In this document: positions 31,861-41,549 of the stretch, one piece after another
Numbering within the stretch: the first letter of the stretch is position 1
Layout: each line of letters starts with the position of its first letter
DNA from: an uncultured Planctomycetota bacterium
Lineage (GTDB): Bacteria > Planctomycetota > Planctomycetia > Isosphaerales > Isosphaeraceae
Reading direction: 5' to 3'
Length of the DNA stretch: 64,000 nucleotides
NCBI GenBank assembly: GCA_963737655.1
Contig: CAVTTN010000002.1
Coordinates: 3,168,001-3,232,000, forward strand
Notes under the pieces: generated by a model
Told to the model about the DNA's origin: nothing
Seen by the model: the letters and a program-made list of their open reading frames with translations, nothing else
Database searches by the model: none
Position numbers and translations under genes: made by a program

Positions 31861-33054
31861 TCAACGCGACTTCGGATCGGCGGCCTCCGCCCGGTCCGCG
31901 TCGATCGAGGGGACGGTCGGCACGGGCTGCCCCGCCTGGAGGAAGACCCGGCAGAGCAGGATCAGCTGGTCCCCTTCCTTCATCGCGCCGGCCTCGGCGC
32001 CGATGGGGTTGATGAGCATGTCATCGCCGCGTTGGTAGCCGATGAGGATCGCCGAGCGCTTGTCGGTCCGGTGGCGGAGGAACATGCTGGAGACCTCGAC
32101 GAAGTCCCGGCCGACCAGCGCCTGGGGCATCGGGAGGTAGAACATCTCGTTGGCGTCGCGGCCGACGGTGAGCAATTCCTGATAAATTCGCGTGAGTCCG
32201 TGATAGAGCGCCGATCGCGCGAGGAGCCGCAGGGCCAGGTCGTCCGAGGAGATGATCTCGTCGGCTCCCGCCTTGGCCAGGTGGTGGCGGTTGGCCGGGT
32301 TGCGGCACTCGACGGCCACGCTCACGTTCTCATTCTTGATCACATTCTTGATCGAGATGCAGGTCAGGATGGTCTTGCCGTCGGCGTGCTCGCCCTGGCG
32401 GTCGTCGGCCAGGACGACGACGGTGTGGGCCTTGGCCACCCTCGCGCGGCGGAGGACGACCTCGTTGGCCGGGTCCCCCTTGACGATGTAGACGTCGTGG
32501 AAGGCGGCCTCGTCCTGCTTGTCGGGCAGGTCCACCTGCTCGGGGTCGTCGTGGATGATCACGACCGGGCGCTTGTCCTGGATGATCTTGCTGTGGACTT
32601 CCTGGATCCATTCGAGGGCCGGGAGCCCAGTTGCACAGGACCAGATGGTTTTCCATCTCGAAATGAGTCACCTCGCGCCTCCGGAGCCGGTTCTCGACGA
32701 AGATCGATGCGATGCTGCCGGTGAAGACGGCCACCAGGCAGACGCCCACCACGAGGACCATGATCGCGGCGACCCGCCCGGGGAACGTCTTCGGCGAATC
32801 GTTCATGCCGTTGAAGAGGACGAGCCAGACGTTCCAGAACGCCTCGCCCCAGGAGTTGAACGCCGGGTTGTCGCGACCCTCGGCATAGTGGATCGTCGTG
32901 GCGCCGAGGACCCAGGCGATCAGGAGGGTCCAGAGGATGCGGAAGAACTGGTTGCGCCTCAGGAGGCGGAAGATGTCGGGCCAGGACAGGGCCGGGCCCG
33001 GCTCCTCAGGGCCCGGACGAACCGGGTGGATCGGGGCGGATTGATCTGGGTCAT
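31861..33054 (-). CDS. Potassium-channel-like protein (2TM plus RCK/TrkA domains; frameshifts near 32992 and 32620)
   Basis: ATG 33054 overlaps the upstream stop (ATGA). TM1, pore helix (FNSWGEAFWNVWLVLFNG), PKTFPGRVAA-TM2, NHLVLCNW, VKGDPANEVVLRRARV and AGADEIISS. The canonical TVGYG filter is not seen. Confidence 0.75.
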
Positions 33055-36000
33055 GGGGTGGCCGCGGCCCCTCGGCCCTTCGTCCCGGCCGACTCGCGGC
33101 CGGGCGCCACGATCAGGCGGATCGGCGCCGAGGAGTGCTCGGTCCCCGAGGGCTCGCACGTCGCCACGGCGAAGATCGGCCGTTCTCCCGGCTCGGCCCA
33201 GGGGTCGGCGCCCAGGGTGATCGTCCGTTCGACCTCCTTCTCGGTCACGAGCACCCCGTTCAGCCCGATATTCAGCACCTTCACCCCCCGGGGCAGGTTG
33301 CGGACCTCGATCGGCACCCGACCCGAGAACGCCGGGCCTCGCTCCACCGAGAGGGTCAGCTCGACCGTCTCCCCCGGCCGGATCGTGACCGATCGGGCCT
33401 GGGCCGAGACCTTCAGGTTGGCGTTCTCGATCACCGAGAGGAACCCCGCATTCTCCCCGCCGGGATCGGTCACGTGAACCACGACCCGATCGGCGATCCT
33501 GGACCGCCCGGTCACCTTCCAGCCCGGCGGCGAAACGCCCGGGGCGGCCGGATCGGCCCGGAGGCCGAGGAAGGTGAAGTAGGATTCGGACTCGATGACC
33601 GACGGCTCGGCCGAGACGCCCGGCGGCAGGCCCTCGGCCGAGACCTCGATCGGACCTTCATGGCCGTCGAACCGCCGGGCCTCCACCAGGACCGGGAGCG
33701 TCCCGCCTCGGGGGACGTTCGGATCGGGCGAGGCCACGGTCAGGGAGAAGTCGGGCTGAGGCTCGCGGACCACCAGATGGTAGCCGAATCCCGGCCCGCC
33801 CAGGCCCCGGACGTCCTCGACCCGGATCCGGTAATCGCCGTCGGCCGGGGGATCGAAGATCATCGAGCAATCCTTGCCCAGGCCCGGCCCGCCGTCGTCG
33901 TTCCGGTAGAAGAGGGTGACCGGGGGCGTCCCCCCGGGCGGGAAGGTCGAGCCCGGCGGGTGGATCTCGACCTTGTCGATCCGTTGATTCATCGGATGAT
34001 GTTCGGGTGTGGTCCCGAGGAAGCCGATCCGCTCGCCCGCGCCCGATCGGGGGCGGCCCGTGCCCCAGAACACGGCGTCGTCGTCGGGGTTGCGGGGGAG
34101 CTCGTCGATCCTCAGCAGCTCCCGGCCGATCAGGACGAAATCCCCTTCGCGAAAGCCATTCCACTGGGTCAGGCGGATGGTCCGCGACGCCGAGGGATGG
34201 TCGCGAAATGCCACGTTCGTCTCTTCGACGGGCCGCAAGACGGCTCGGGGGACGCGCCGGCCCGAGGCGTCGAGCACCTCCAGGGCCGGGTCGATCGGCG
34301 AGCCCAGACGGCGGCCGAAGACCTCGATCACCCGTTTTTGGCCTTTTCTCGCGTGAAACGTGAAAAGGTCCGCATCGCCGGCCCGGTCGATGCGTCCCGA
34401 GGCCCCTCCCGGCGCGTCGAGCGGTGTGGCCGTCTTCGGGTCGTCGTTCGGCTCGGCCTCGACGGCCTGCTTCCCCTCGGCGAGGACGACCGCCAGCGAC
34501 GAGGGGCCGACATCGGACGAGGCGAGGTCGAGGATCGGCCGGACCTCGGGCCGATCCCGTCCGGTCGCCGCGACGGCCAGGCGAGAGGTGCCCAGGTTCA
34601 CCCCGATCAGCGCAACTTCTTCGCCCGCTAGAGGTTCGAACCCGAGGGGGAAGACCGCTTCGACCCTCGGAACCGCCCCCGCCCGGATCCGATAGAAGAG
34701 GGCCCCGGAGCCTCCGAGGTCGGCGTCCTCGACCCTCAGGGCGTAGCGGCCATCCTCGGGGATGCGGACCTTGAGCACGGGGTCCGGGGACAGGTCGGAA
34801 TGGCCGGCGACGGCCAGGACCGCCCCGCTTTCCGACACCACCGCGATCGAGCCGGTCAGCGTCGAACCCAGCCGACGGGCCGTGACCTCGAAGACCAGGT
34901 CGGCCCCTCGTTTCGCATCAAATCGGAACCAATCGACATCGCCCGGACGGTCGATCGTGCCGAGGAGGGTCGCGGGGAGGGCGACCGACGTCGCTTTCTG
35001 AAAATCATCGTTGGGCTCGGCCTCCGCCTGCTCCGGTTCCCTCGAAATCGCGAACGGCTGGGAGGCCGGGGTGCCCAGAGGAGTGCGGACCGTGATTCGA
35101 CGAATCCCGGGACGCGCTTCCGGGCCGATCTTCAGGTCGATTTCGAGGGAATTGGGGTCGGGCTTCGGCGTCGGGACGATCTTGGCGGAGGCATCGGCCC
35201 CGTCGAGGACCACGGCATCGGCCCGACCCACGCCGTTGCCCGAAAGCCGGACGCGGACCGTGCTGCCGATGATCCCGCCTCGGGGATTTGGGGGATTCAG
35301 GGTCGCGTTTGAGGTCAACCGAGGCGGTTCGGCGGGCTTCGCGTCGGGGGGCGCTTTCAGGGTCCGGAGCAGCTTCCCGGAGGCCAGGTCCAGGAGGTCG
35401 AGCGAGCCGTCGGCGCGGCCCACGGCGATTTTCGCGCCATCGGGGGCGATCGCCAGGGCCATGGACCAGTCCGAACCAGTTTGAAGCAAAGAGGATGGAG
35501 CAAGCGAGGCGAGGTCCCACCGCTTGACGGCGCGATCCTCGCCCCCCGAGATGAGCGTCTTGCCGTCGGGCGAGACGGCGAGGCGGACGATGGGGGCGTC
35601 GTGGGCGAAGGCCGACCGGACGAGCCGGCCCGAAGTCCCCACGAGGAGCCAACTTCGGATCGACCGATCGACACCTCCGGCCAGGACCAGCCCCTCCGGG
35701 CCGAAGGCCACCGCGGAGACCTCGGCGGTCGAGTCGCCCAGGCTGGCCGTTTTCTGCCCGGCGGCCACGTCCCAGACCTTGACCGTCCGGTCGGCCGACG
35801 CCGAGGCGACCGATCGGCCGTCGGGCGAGAAGGCGACGGCCAGGACGGCGTCGGTATGCTCCTTCAAGGCCCGGAGCTCGCGGCCGGTCGTGGCGTCCCA
35901 GAGTTTGGCGAGCCGGTCGTAACTCCCGGTGACGATAGTTTTTCCGTCAGGAGACAGGGCCGCGCCAAGGATCGAGTCCGAATGCCCCCGGACCTCGTAT

Positions 36001-36671
36001 TTCCTCGCCTTCGAGGCGACGTCCCAGGCCGACAGGCTGCCGAACTGGCCGGGACGGCCCCCCCCGGCGTAAATCGTGAGCCCATCGGGAGAAAAGAACA
36101 CGGCGTTCATCGATCCCGAATTCCCTTCGAGGGACGTCGGCGGGGCATCCGAGCCGATCGCAAACAACCAGATTCGCGGGCCGGAGGCCGCCGCGAGCGT
36201 CGAGCCGTCTCGGGAGAAGGCGACCGCCGCGATCGGGTCGGTCGAGCGGACCTTGGGAGCGAGCTCGGGAAGACCGGCGAGAGGATCGACGAGCGAGGTG
36301 AGAGGCGAGTCGGCCTCGGAGGGGCCGTCAAACTTCGCGCCTTCCCGGACCCATCGCGAAAGCACGGCGATTTCGGCGCCACGAAGGGGCGGAAGTTCCA
36401 ATGGCATCCGGGGTTCGGCGTCGAGCGCGACCGACTCGATCAGGCCGCTCGACTCGGGGTCGCCCGGGACGAGGATCGCCGATCCCCGGCCTTTCCCGCC
36501 CTTTTTCAATCGGGCGAACGTCGAGAGGTCGAGCCCGCCCCGGGCTTTGGTGGCGTTATGGCAGGCGAGGCACCGTTTCGCCAAAATCGGCGCAACTTCG
36601 GCCCGGAAACTGACCGGGTCGGCCGGTGCCGGCTGGGAGGTCACGACGATGAAGGCGAGAAACAGGGTCAT
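33051..36671 (-). CDS. Planctomycete cytochrome-c-like domain + WD40 beta-propeller + PPC-domain protein
   Basis: VSFRAEVAPILAKRCLACH (CxxCH), RMP, about 7 WD40 repeats (FSPDG...WD) and EAEPNDD...GTIDRPGDVDWFRF PPC-type modules. Confidence 0.85.
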   Translation of the reverse strand: MTLFLAFIVVTSQPAPADPVSFRAEVAPILAKRCLACHNATKARGGLDLSTFARLKKGGKGRGSAILVPGDPESSGLIESVALDAEPRMPLELPPLRGAEIAVLSRWVREGAKFDGPSEADSPLTSLVDPLAGLPELAPKVRSTDPIAAVAFSRDGSTLAAASGPRIWLFAIGSDAPPTSLEGNSGSMNAVFFSPDGLTIYAGGGRPGQFGSLSAWDVASKARKYEVRGHSDSILGAALSPDGKTIVTGSYDRLAKLWDATTGRELRALKEHTDAVLAVAFSPDGRSVASASADRTVKVWDVAAGQKTASLGDSTAEVSAVAFGPEGLVLAGGVDRSIRSWLLVGTSGRLVRSAFAHDAPIVRLAVSPDGKTLISGGEDRAVKRWDLASLAPSSLLQTGSDWSMALAIAPDGAKIAVGRADGSLDLLDLASGKLLRTLKAPPDAKPAEPPRLTSNATLNPPNPRGGIIGSTVRVRLSGNGVGRADAVVLDGADASAKIVPTPKPDPNSLEIDLKIGPEARPGIRRITVRTPLGTPASQPFAISREPEQAEAEPNDDFQKATSVALPATLLGTIDRPGDVDWFRFDAKRGADLVFEVTARRLGSTLTGSIAVVSESGAVLAVAGHSDLSPDPVLKVRIPEDGRYALRVEDADLGGSGALFYRIRAGAVPRVEAVFPLGFEPLAGEEVALIGVNLGTSRLAVAATGRDRPEVRPILDLASSDVGPSSLAVVLAEGKQAVEAEPNDDPKTATPLDAPGGASGRIDRAGDADLFTFHARKGQKRVIEVFGRRLGSPIDPALEVLDASGRRVPRAVLRPVEETNVAFRDHPSASRTIRLTQWNGFREGDFVLIGRELLRIDELPRNPDDDAVFWGTGRPRSGAGERIGFLGTTPEHHPMNQRIDKVEIHPPGSTFPPGGTPPVTLFYRNDDGGPGLGKDCSMIFDPPADGDYRIRVEDVRGLGGPGFGYHLVVREPQPDFSLTVASPDPNVPRGGTLPVLVEARRFDGHEGPIEVSAEGLPPGVSAEPSVIESESYFTFLGLRADPAAPGVSPPGWKVTGRSRIADRVVVHVTDPGGENAGFLSVIENANLKVSAQARSVTIRPGETVELTLSVERGPAFSGRVPIEVRNLPRGVKVLNIGLNGVLVTEKEVERTITLGADPWAEPGERPIFAVATCEPSGTEHSSAPIRLIVAPGRESAGTKGRGAAATP

Positions 36672-36729
36672 TCCGGGCCATTCCTGGTGATTGCGTGCAT
36701 GGTTGGCGGCCTCGGGCCGCCCTCGGTCT

Positions 36730-36750
36730 GGTGCATTTCATGCACCCTAC
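36730..36750 (-). repeat. REP family A copy 2 (with remnant inner arm at 36705-36729)
   Basis: Reverse complement is GTAGGGTGCATGAAATGCACC. It supplies the TAG stop (36747-36749) of the DUF1549/1553 gene. Flank GGCGGCCTCGGGCCGC resembles the inner arm at 52326-52344. Confidence 0.9.
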
Positions 36751-39182
36751 AGGTTGAAGAGGAATTCCTTGCTGGTCAGGACGGCCCAGAACAGATCCTC
36801 GACGGCGTGGCGGCGAGCGGCCGGGTCCTTGTCCGCCGAGGCGGCTTCGGCCAGGATTGCCGAGAGCTGTTCCCGTTCTTTTGGCGTGGGAAAGCGAGCC
36901 AGGGCGGACAAAAACAACGTTTCGACCACGTCCGCATCGGCCTTTCCCGAACTCGCCAGAATCGCCGCCGCGCCCTGGTCGTCGCGGATCTTGGCGTTCA
37001 GCGTCTCGCCATTGGCCAAATTAAGCGCTTGACTGACCGAGGGTTCGGCCGAGCGTTCGCAAGAGCAGGTATTGGCCCGCTCGGGACGGCCGAACGAGTC
37101 GAGGAAGGCGTTCGCCACCTGGGCGTCGGGCAACTGAAGACTTTTCCAGCCCTTGGGATATCCGGTGAAATCGGAGGGGCGGTGGGTGACCTGGGAAAAT
37201 GCGTCGAGGAGGACTTCGGCGGGGAGCCGGCGGACGAGGTAATGGCTGAGGAACTTGCCGTCTCCCTCGTTTCCGGGGACCGGCTCGCTGGACCTCTCGT
37301 AACAGGCGGACGTCATGATCCGGCGGGCCAGCCGTTTGACGCTCCGGCCGTCCTGGCGGAAGTCCTCGACGAGGCGGGCGAGGAGGTCCGGATCGCTGGG
37401 CGGGTTGGTGGCGCGGAGGTCGTCCTCGGGTTCGATCAGCCCTCGGCCAAAGAAGTTGCGCCAGACCCGGTTGACGATCGCCCGGTCGAAATAGGGGTTT
37501 TCAGGAGCCGCCAGCCAGTCCGCGAACGCCTCGCGGCGGTCGTTGCGATCTTCGATCGCAAGGGCCAGGCCATCCAGGGGTTGCGGAGCCATGGGCCGAC
37601 CCTTGCGAGGGTGGAGGACCTCGCCCTCGGCCGTCGGCGAGACGACCACGTCCCCCTTCTCGGGGCCGTCCTTCAGGGAGACCCGGGCGAACAGGTTGGC
37701 CATGCCGTAATACTGGTCTTGCGTCCACTTTTCCATCGGATGATTATGGCAGCGGGCGCAGGTCAGGGACATGCCGAGGAACGCCATCGAGGCGTTTTCG
37801 GTGAGGTCGATCGGGTCGCGATGGAGCACGAAGTAATTGGCGGCGCCGTTTTCGAGGGTGGAACCCCGGGCGGTGACGATCCGCCGCGCAAGTTGGTCCC
37901 AGGGCAGGTCTTCGGCCACGGCCTGGCGGATCGCCCGGTGGAATGCCCACATGGCCGGGGCGGCGAGCTTCTTGGAGGAGACGAGGAAGAGGTCCGACCA
38001 CTTGTAGGCCCAGTAATCGACGAACTCGGGCGAGGCGAGCAGGCGATCGACGAGCTTCGCGCGCTTGTTCGGGTCGGGGTCGGCGAGGAACGCGCGGACG
38101 GCCTCGGCCGAGGGCAGGGTCCCGGTGGCGTCGAGCGAGGCCCGGCGGAGGAACTGGGCGTCCGTGGAGGGGGGCGAGGGGGGAATTCCGAGCGATTCGA
38201 GCTTCCGCAAATTGAGGTCATCGATCGGGTTGTGGCGAGCGGCCCGGGCGTAAATCGACGGATCGGCGGGTGTCGCGGTGGGGACCGTCACGGTCAGACG
38301 ATCGACGAGGCTGGCGAACCAGACGGTCACGGCCGCCTCGCCTCGACCCTCGACCTTCACCCGGCCGGAATCGTCCACCCGGGCGACCGTGTCGTCGGTG
38401 CTGCCGAACTTGGCCCAGCGGGTCACGTCGGCCGATCGGCCGTCGGCGTAAACCGCCATCACCACAACACGTTGCGAATCGCCCGGCGAGAGCCGGACGG
38501 CCCGGGGGAGGGCCTCGACGCGGACCAGCTTCGGCTCGTCGTCCCGGGGACGGGGAGTCCCCCAGGCGATCCAGTCGGCGAGGATTCGGTAGTCGGGCGA
38601 GTCCTCGGTGAACCGGATGCCTCCCCCGTGCTCCAGGCTGCCGCTGGGCTTGAGCAAAAGCAAACTTTCGGAGGGTTTGGTGCGGTTGATCCGTCGGCCG
38701 AGGGCCTGGCGGGTCATGGCGTCGTGGTCGATTTCGGGGGCGTAACCGCGAAGGGAGAGGCGGAAGCCGTTCTTGCCGGCCGCCGCCCCGTGGCAGGCCC
38801 CCATGTTGCAGCCGGCGCGGGTCAGGACGGGCAGGACGTCGAGCTGGAAGCTGGGAGGGGCCTCGCGGGCCGAGTTCCTCACGACGATCCGGGCCGAGAC
38901 GGCCCGATCTCCAACCCGAGCCGTGAGGACCGCCGAGCCGTCCCCTTTGGGTGCGACCCGGCCGAGCGAATCCACCTCCGCGACCTCGGGGCGGTCGATC
39001 GAGAAGGCAGCCTTCGGGGTCAGGTCGGCGGTGAAGACGCCTTGCCGGACCTCCTCGGCCACGAAGGTTTGCGACGATCGGGGGCCGTCAAGGACTGCCG
39101 AGGGGGGCAGGATCGCCAGCTCCTGGGCGTGGGCCTGGGCGATCAGGGCCCAGGAGGCCGCGAGCAGGAGGGGACGCGTCAT
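36747..39182 (-). CDS. DUF1549/DUF1553 (PSD1) domain protein with Ig-like repeats
   Basis: Signal peptide, GCNMGACHG, NPIDD, FLRRASLDATGTLP, CARCHNHP, NRVWRNFFGRGL, FGRPERANTCSCER and SKEFLFN. Confidence 0.9.
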   Translation of the reverse strand: MTRPLLLAASWALIAQAHAQELAILPPSAVLDGPRSSQTFVAEEVRQGVFTADLTPKAAFSIDRPEVAEVDSLGRVAPKGDGSAVLTARVGDRAVSARIVVRNSAREAPPSFQLDVLPVLTRAGCNMGACHGAAAGKNGFRLSLRGYAPEIDHDAMTRQALGRRINRTKPSESLLLLKPSGSLEHGGGIRFTEDSPDYRILADWIAWGTPRPRDDEPKLVRVEALPRAVRLSPGDSQRVVVMAVYADGRSADVTRWAKFGSTDDTVARVDDSGRVKVEGRGEAAVTVWFASLVDRLTVTVPTATPADPSIYARAARHNPIDDLNLRKLESLGIPPSPPSTDAQFLRRASLDATGTLPSAEAVRAFLADPDPNKRAKLVDRLLASPEFVDYWAYKWSDLFLVSSKKLAAPAMWAFHRAIRQAVAEDLPWDQLARRIVTARGSTLENGAANYFVLHRDPIDLTENASMAFLGMSLTCARCHNHPMEKWTQDQYYGMANLFARVSLKDGPEKGDVVVSPTAEGEVLHPRKGRPMAPQPLDGLALAIEDRNDRREAFADWLAAPENPYFDRAIVNRVWRNFFGRGLIEPEDDLRATNPPSDPDLLARLVEDFRQDGRSVKRLARRIMTSACYERSSEPVPGNEGDGKFLSHYLVRRLPAEVLLDAFSQVTHRPSDFTGYPKGWKSLQLPDAQVANAFLDSFGRPERANTCSCERSAEPSVSQALNLANGETLNAKIRDDQGAAAILASSGKADADVVETLFLSALARFPTPKEREQLSAILAEAASADKDPAARRHAVEDLFWAVLTSKEFLFNL

Positions 39183-39240
39183 TCGAGGCCTCAAGGCAGG
39201 AATTTGGGAAGGTCAGGAAGGAGGGACGGTTCGCGGCCGA

Positions 39241-40611
39241 TCAGAGGAGCTCTCGGATCGGCTCGACCCCGTGATCGACGATGCGGATCGGGCGGTTCTG
39301 GGGGCCGGGCAGTTCGGTATCGAGCGAGATCCCGAGGCCGTGGAAGACGGTGGCGGCGATCTCGGCCGTGGTGACCGGGCGGTCTTTGGGGGCGAATCCG
39401 ATCTCGTCGGAGGCGCCAACGACCGTACCGCCTCGGATCGGCCCGCCGGCGAGGAGCGAGGTCCAGCAGCCGGGGTGATGGTCGCGGCCTCCGGCCGGGT
39501 TGATCTTGGGGGTCCGGCCGAACTCGCCGAAGGCCAGGACCATGGTGTTGCCGAGCCTCCCGGAGCGGGAAAGGTCCTCGATCAGGGCCGAATAGGCGTT
39601 GTCGAAGTTCGGTCCCACCTCGGACTTGTAGCAATCGATGGGGCTGAACGGGCTGGAGCCGTGGATGTCCCAGGTGATCTCGTTGAAGACGGTTTCGAAC
39701 ATGTTCACGGTCACGAACCGAACGCCCCGCTCGACCAATCGGCGGGCGAGGAGGCAGGACTGGCCGAAGCGGGTCCGTCCGTAGCGGTCGCGGACGGCGT
39801 CGGGCTCGCTCTTGAGGTCGAACGCCTCCCGGGCGGCCGGGCTGGACATCAGCTTGTAGGCTTGCTGGAAATTCGCGTCCATCAGCCGGGCGTCGGCGGA
39901 GCTTTCGAAGGCGCGGACCGAGCCGTCCACGGCGTCCCGAAGGCGTCTCCGCCGGTCCTCTCGGACGGCCGAGATGTAGCCCGGGGGGCGGAGGTCGGGG
40001 ACCTGGAAATCCCGGGCGGACGGGTCGGCGTTGAGGACGAACGGATCGAAAGTCTTGCCGAGATATCCGGCGGTCTGGCCGTGGGGCATGGCCCCTCCGG
40101 TGTTGCCGATGGGCCGGGGCATCAGGACGTGGGGCGGCGCATCCCCTTTCGCCCCTTTAACTTTCGCCAGGACGCAGCCCATGTGCGGGTGCTCGATCCC
40201 GCCGGTGAAGAGGCGGCCGGTCTGCATCATCTGGTGGCCGGTGTCATGAACGGCCGTGGCGGTGTGGTAGCAGGACCGGACCAGGGCGACCTTGTCCATC
40301 AGCCCGGCCAGGCGGGGGAAGACCTCGGAGACCTGGACGCCCGGGACCTTCGTGGCGATCGGCCGGAACGGCCCCCGGACCTCGCTGGGGGCGTCGGGCT
40401 TCATGTCCCAGGTGTCGAGCTGGGACGGCCCTCCGACGAGGAACAGGAGGATGCAGTTCACGTCGCGGTCGGCGGCGTGTCCGTCGGCCCTGGCCTGCTC
40501 CAGCTGGGAGAGGCCGAGGCCGAGCATCCCGAGGGAGCCGGCGTGGAGGAAATCGCGGCGAGAGAGGCCGTCGCAGAAGCGGGCGGGCCGGCGGGCGTCG
40601 AGGCGGATCAT
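39241..40611 (-). CDS. DUF1501 domain protein (Tat-like N-terminus)
   Basis: CDGLSRRDFL, GGPSQLDTWDMKP, FGQSCLLARRLVERGVRFV, WDIH and GEFGRTPKIN...GRDH. Confidence 0.93.
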   Translation of the reverse strand: MIRLDARRPARFCDGLSRRDFLHAGSLGMLGLGLSQLEQARADGHAADRDVNCILLFLVGGPSQLDTWDMKPDAPSEVRGPFRPIATKVPGVQVSEVFPRLAGLMDKVALVRSCYHTATAVHDTGHQMMQTGRLFTGGIEHPHMGCVLAKVKGAKGDAPPHVLMPRPIGNTGGAMPHGQTAGYLGKTFDPFVLNADPSARDFQVPDLRPPGYISAVREDRRRRLRDAVDGSVRAFESSADARLMDANFQQAYKLMSSPAAREAFDLKSEPDAVRDRYGRTRFGQSCLLARRLVERGVRFVTVNMFETVFNEITWDIHGSSPFSPIDCYKSEVGPNFDNAYSALIEDLSRSGRLGNTMVLAFGEFGRTPKINPAGGRDHHPGCWTSLLAGGPIRGGTVVGASDEIGFAPKDRPVTTAEIAATVFHGLGISLDTELPGPQNRPIRIVDHGVEPIRELL

Positions 40612-41014
40612 GGGGCGATGTCCCCGGGGAGGGCGGGGCGAGCCGGTCGGGAAGATCGGCGGGCCGACCCGCCACTGTAATCCGGCGGAGGGGGCAGGTC
40701 AAATCCGTAGCGGTCGAGATCCTCGCCGTTTCTTCCTTCACGGAGAGTCGCTCGAAAGTGTTCTGGGCGGCACGAGTTCCGCCTTCGGGCACGTGGGCCG
40801 TCCCCGACCGGTCCCGTCCTCGGAACCCGTGCCGCCGGAAATCCTTGCGGCCGGGGGTCTTCGGGGCCGGAAACCGGCTTTGGTGGAGATCCCGGCGGCC
40901 GGCGTTCTCGAAATCTGAAAAAAAATGCGAGATTGCGTCTCCCTCGGCACGACCGGCCGTCGTATAGTGGGAGATTACCACGCCCGAGCGAATGACCTCA
41001 GCCGGGGTCGATCC

Positions 41015-41386
41015 GTGCGCCTCGCCCAGTCCCGTCCGAACCTGATGCCGCTCCTCCTGGCCTGGGTGCTGGCCGGGCCGTGGTCGCTCGTGGTGGCGTC
41101 GGCGGCGACGGACGTGGGGCCGATCCGGCCGGAGCCGACGGCCCATCGAACCGGGCATGCGGGCAAGTCGCGTCCGGTCGATTCCTCGGCGCTGAAGGCC
41201 CTGGTCACGGGGGACGACGCAGACGACGGGGACGATCGCGACCCGGACCGCCCCCTGATCGTGGCGAGCCTCGGGCCCGAGCCGTTCGGTCCGGTCTGGC
41301 AACTGGATTCGCGGCTGGTGTGCCCGCGCTTCTTGCCGGTCCCTCCGCGGGATCGGCTGCTCGTTTCCTGGCGATTGCGGCTCTAG
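41015..41386 (+). CDS. Small predicted exported/leader protein upstream of the RND operon
   Basis: Hydrophobic N-terminus (LLLAWVLAGPWSLVVASAA), acidic middle (DDADDGDD) and C-terminal PVPPRDRLLVSWRLRL. Start uncertain (GTG 41015 or ATG 41045). Confidence 0.5.
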   Translation: MRLAQSRPNLMPLLLAWVLAGPWSLVVASAATDVGPIRPEPTAHRTGHAGKSRPVDSSALKALVTGDDADDGDDRDPDRPLIVASLGPEPFGPVWQLDSRLVCPRFLPVPPRDRLLVSWRLRL

Positions 41387-41549
41387 AGGCCGGGCCGGCG
41401 GGTTCCCCCGCCCCGTCGGTTCCGGCCCAAGCCGCGCGATGACGCCGGCCCCCCATCCCACCCCGTTTCGATCGCACGAGGCCCGAGCTCCGGCCCCTCG
41501 CGGATCGACCGATCTCCCATCCACGGCTCTCCTTCGGGGTCCGAGACAC

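Noticed and set aside
35481..39374. 1297-aa plus-strand ORF, and similar long antisense ORFs such as 1582..3666, 8155..10731, 17002..19839 and 24909..26951
   Set aside because: These are shadow ORFs opposite well-supported genes. High GC3 suppresses stops on the antisense strand, and no family motifs are present.
40831..40899. Imperfect inverted repeat GCCGCCGGAAATC...GATCCCGGCGGC in the DUF1501/RND divergent region
   Set aside because: Short, GC-rich and single copy in the window; compatible with chance in this composition.
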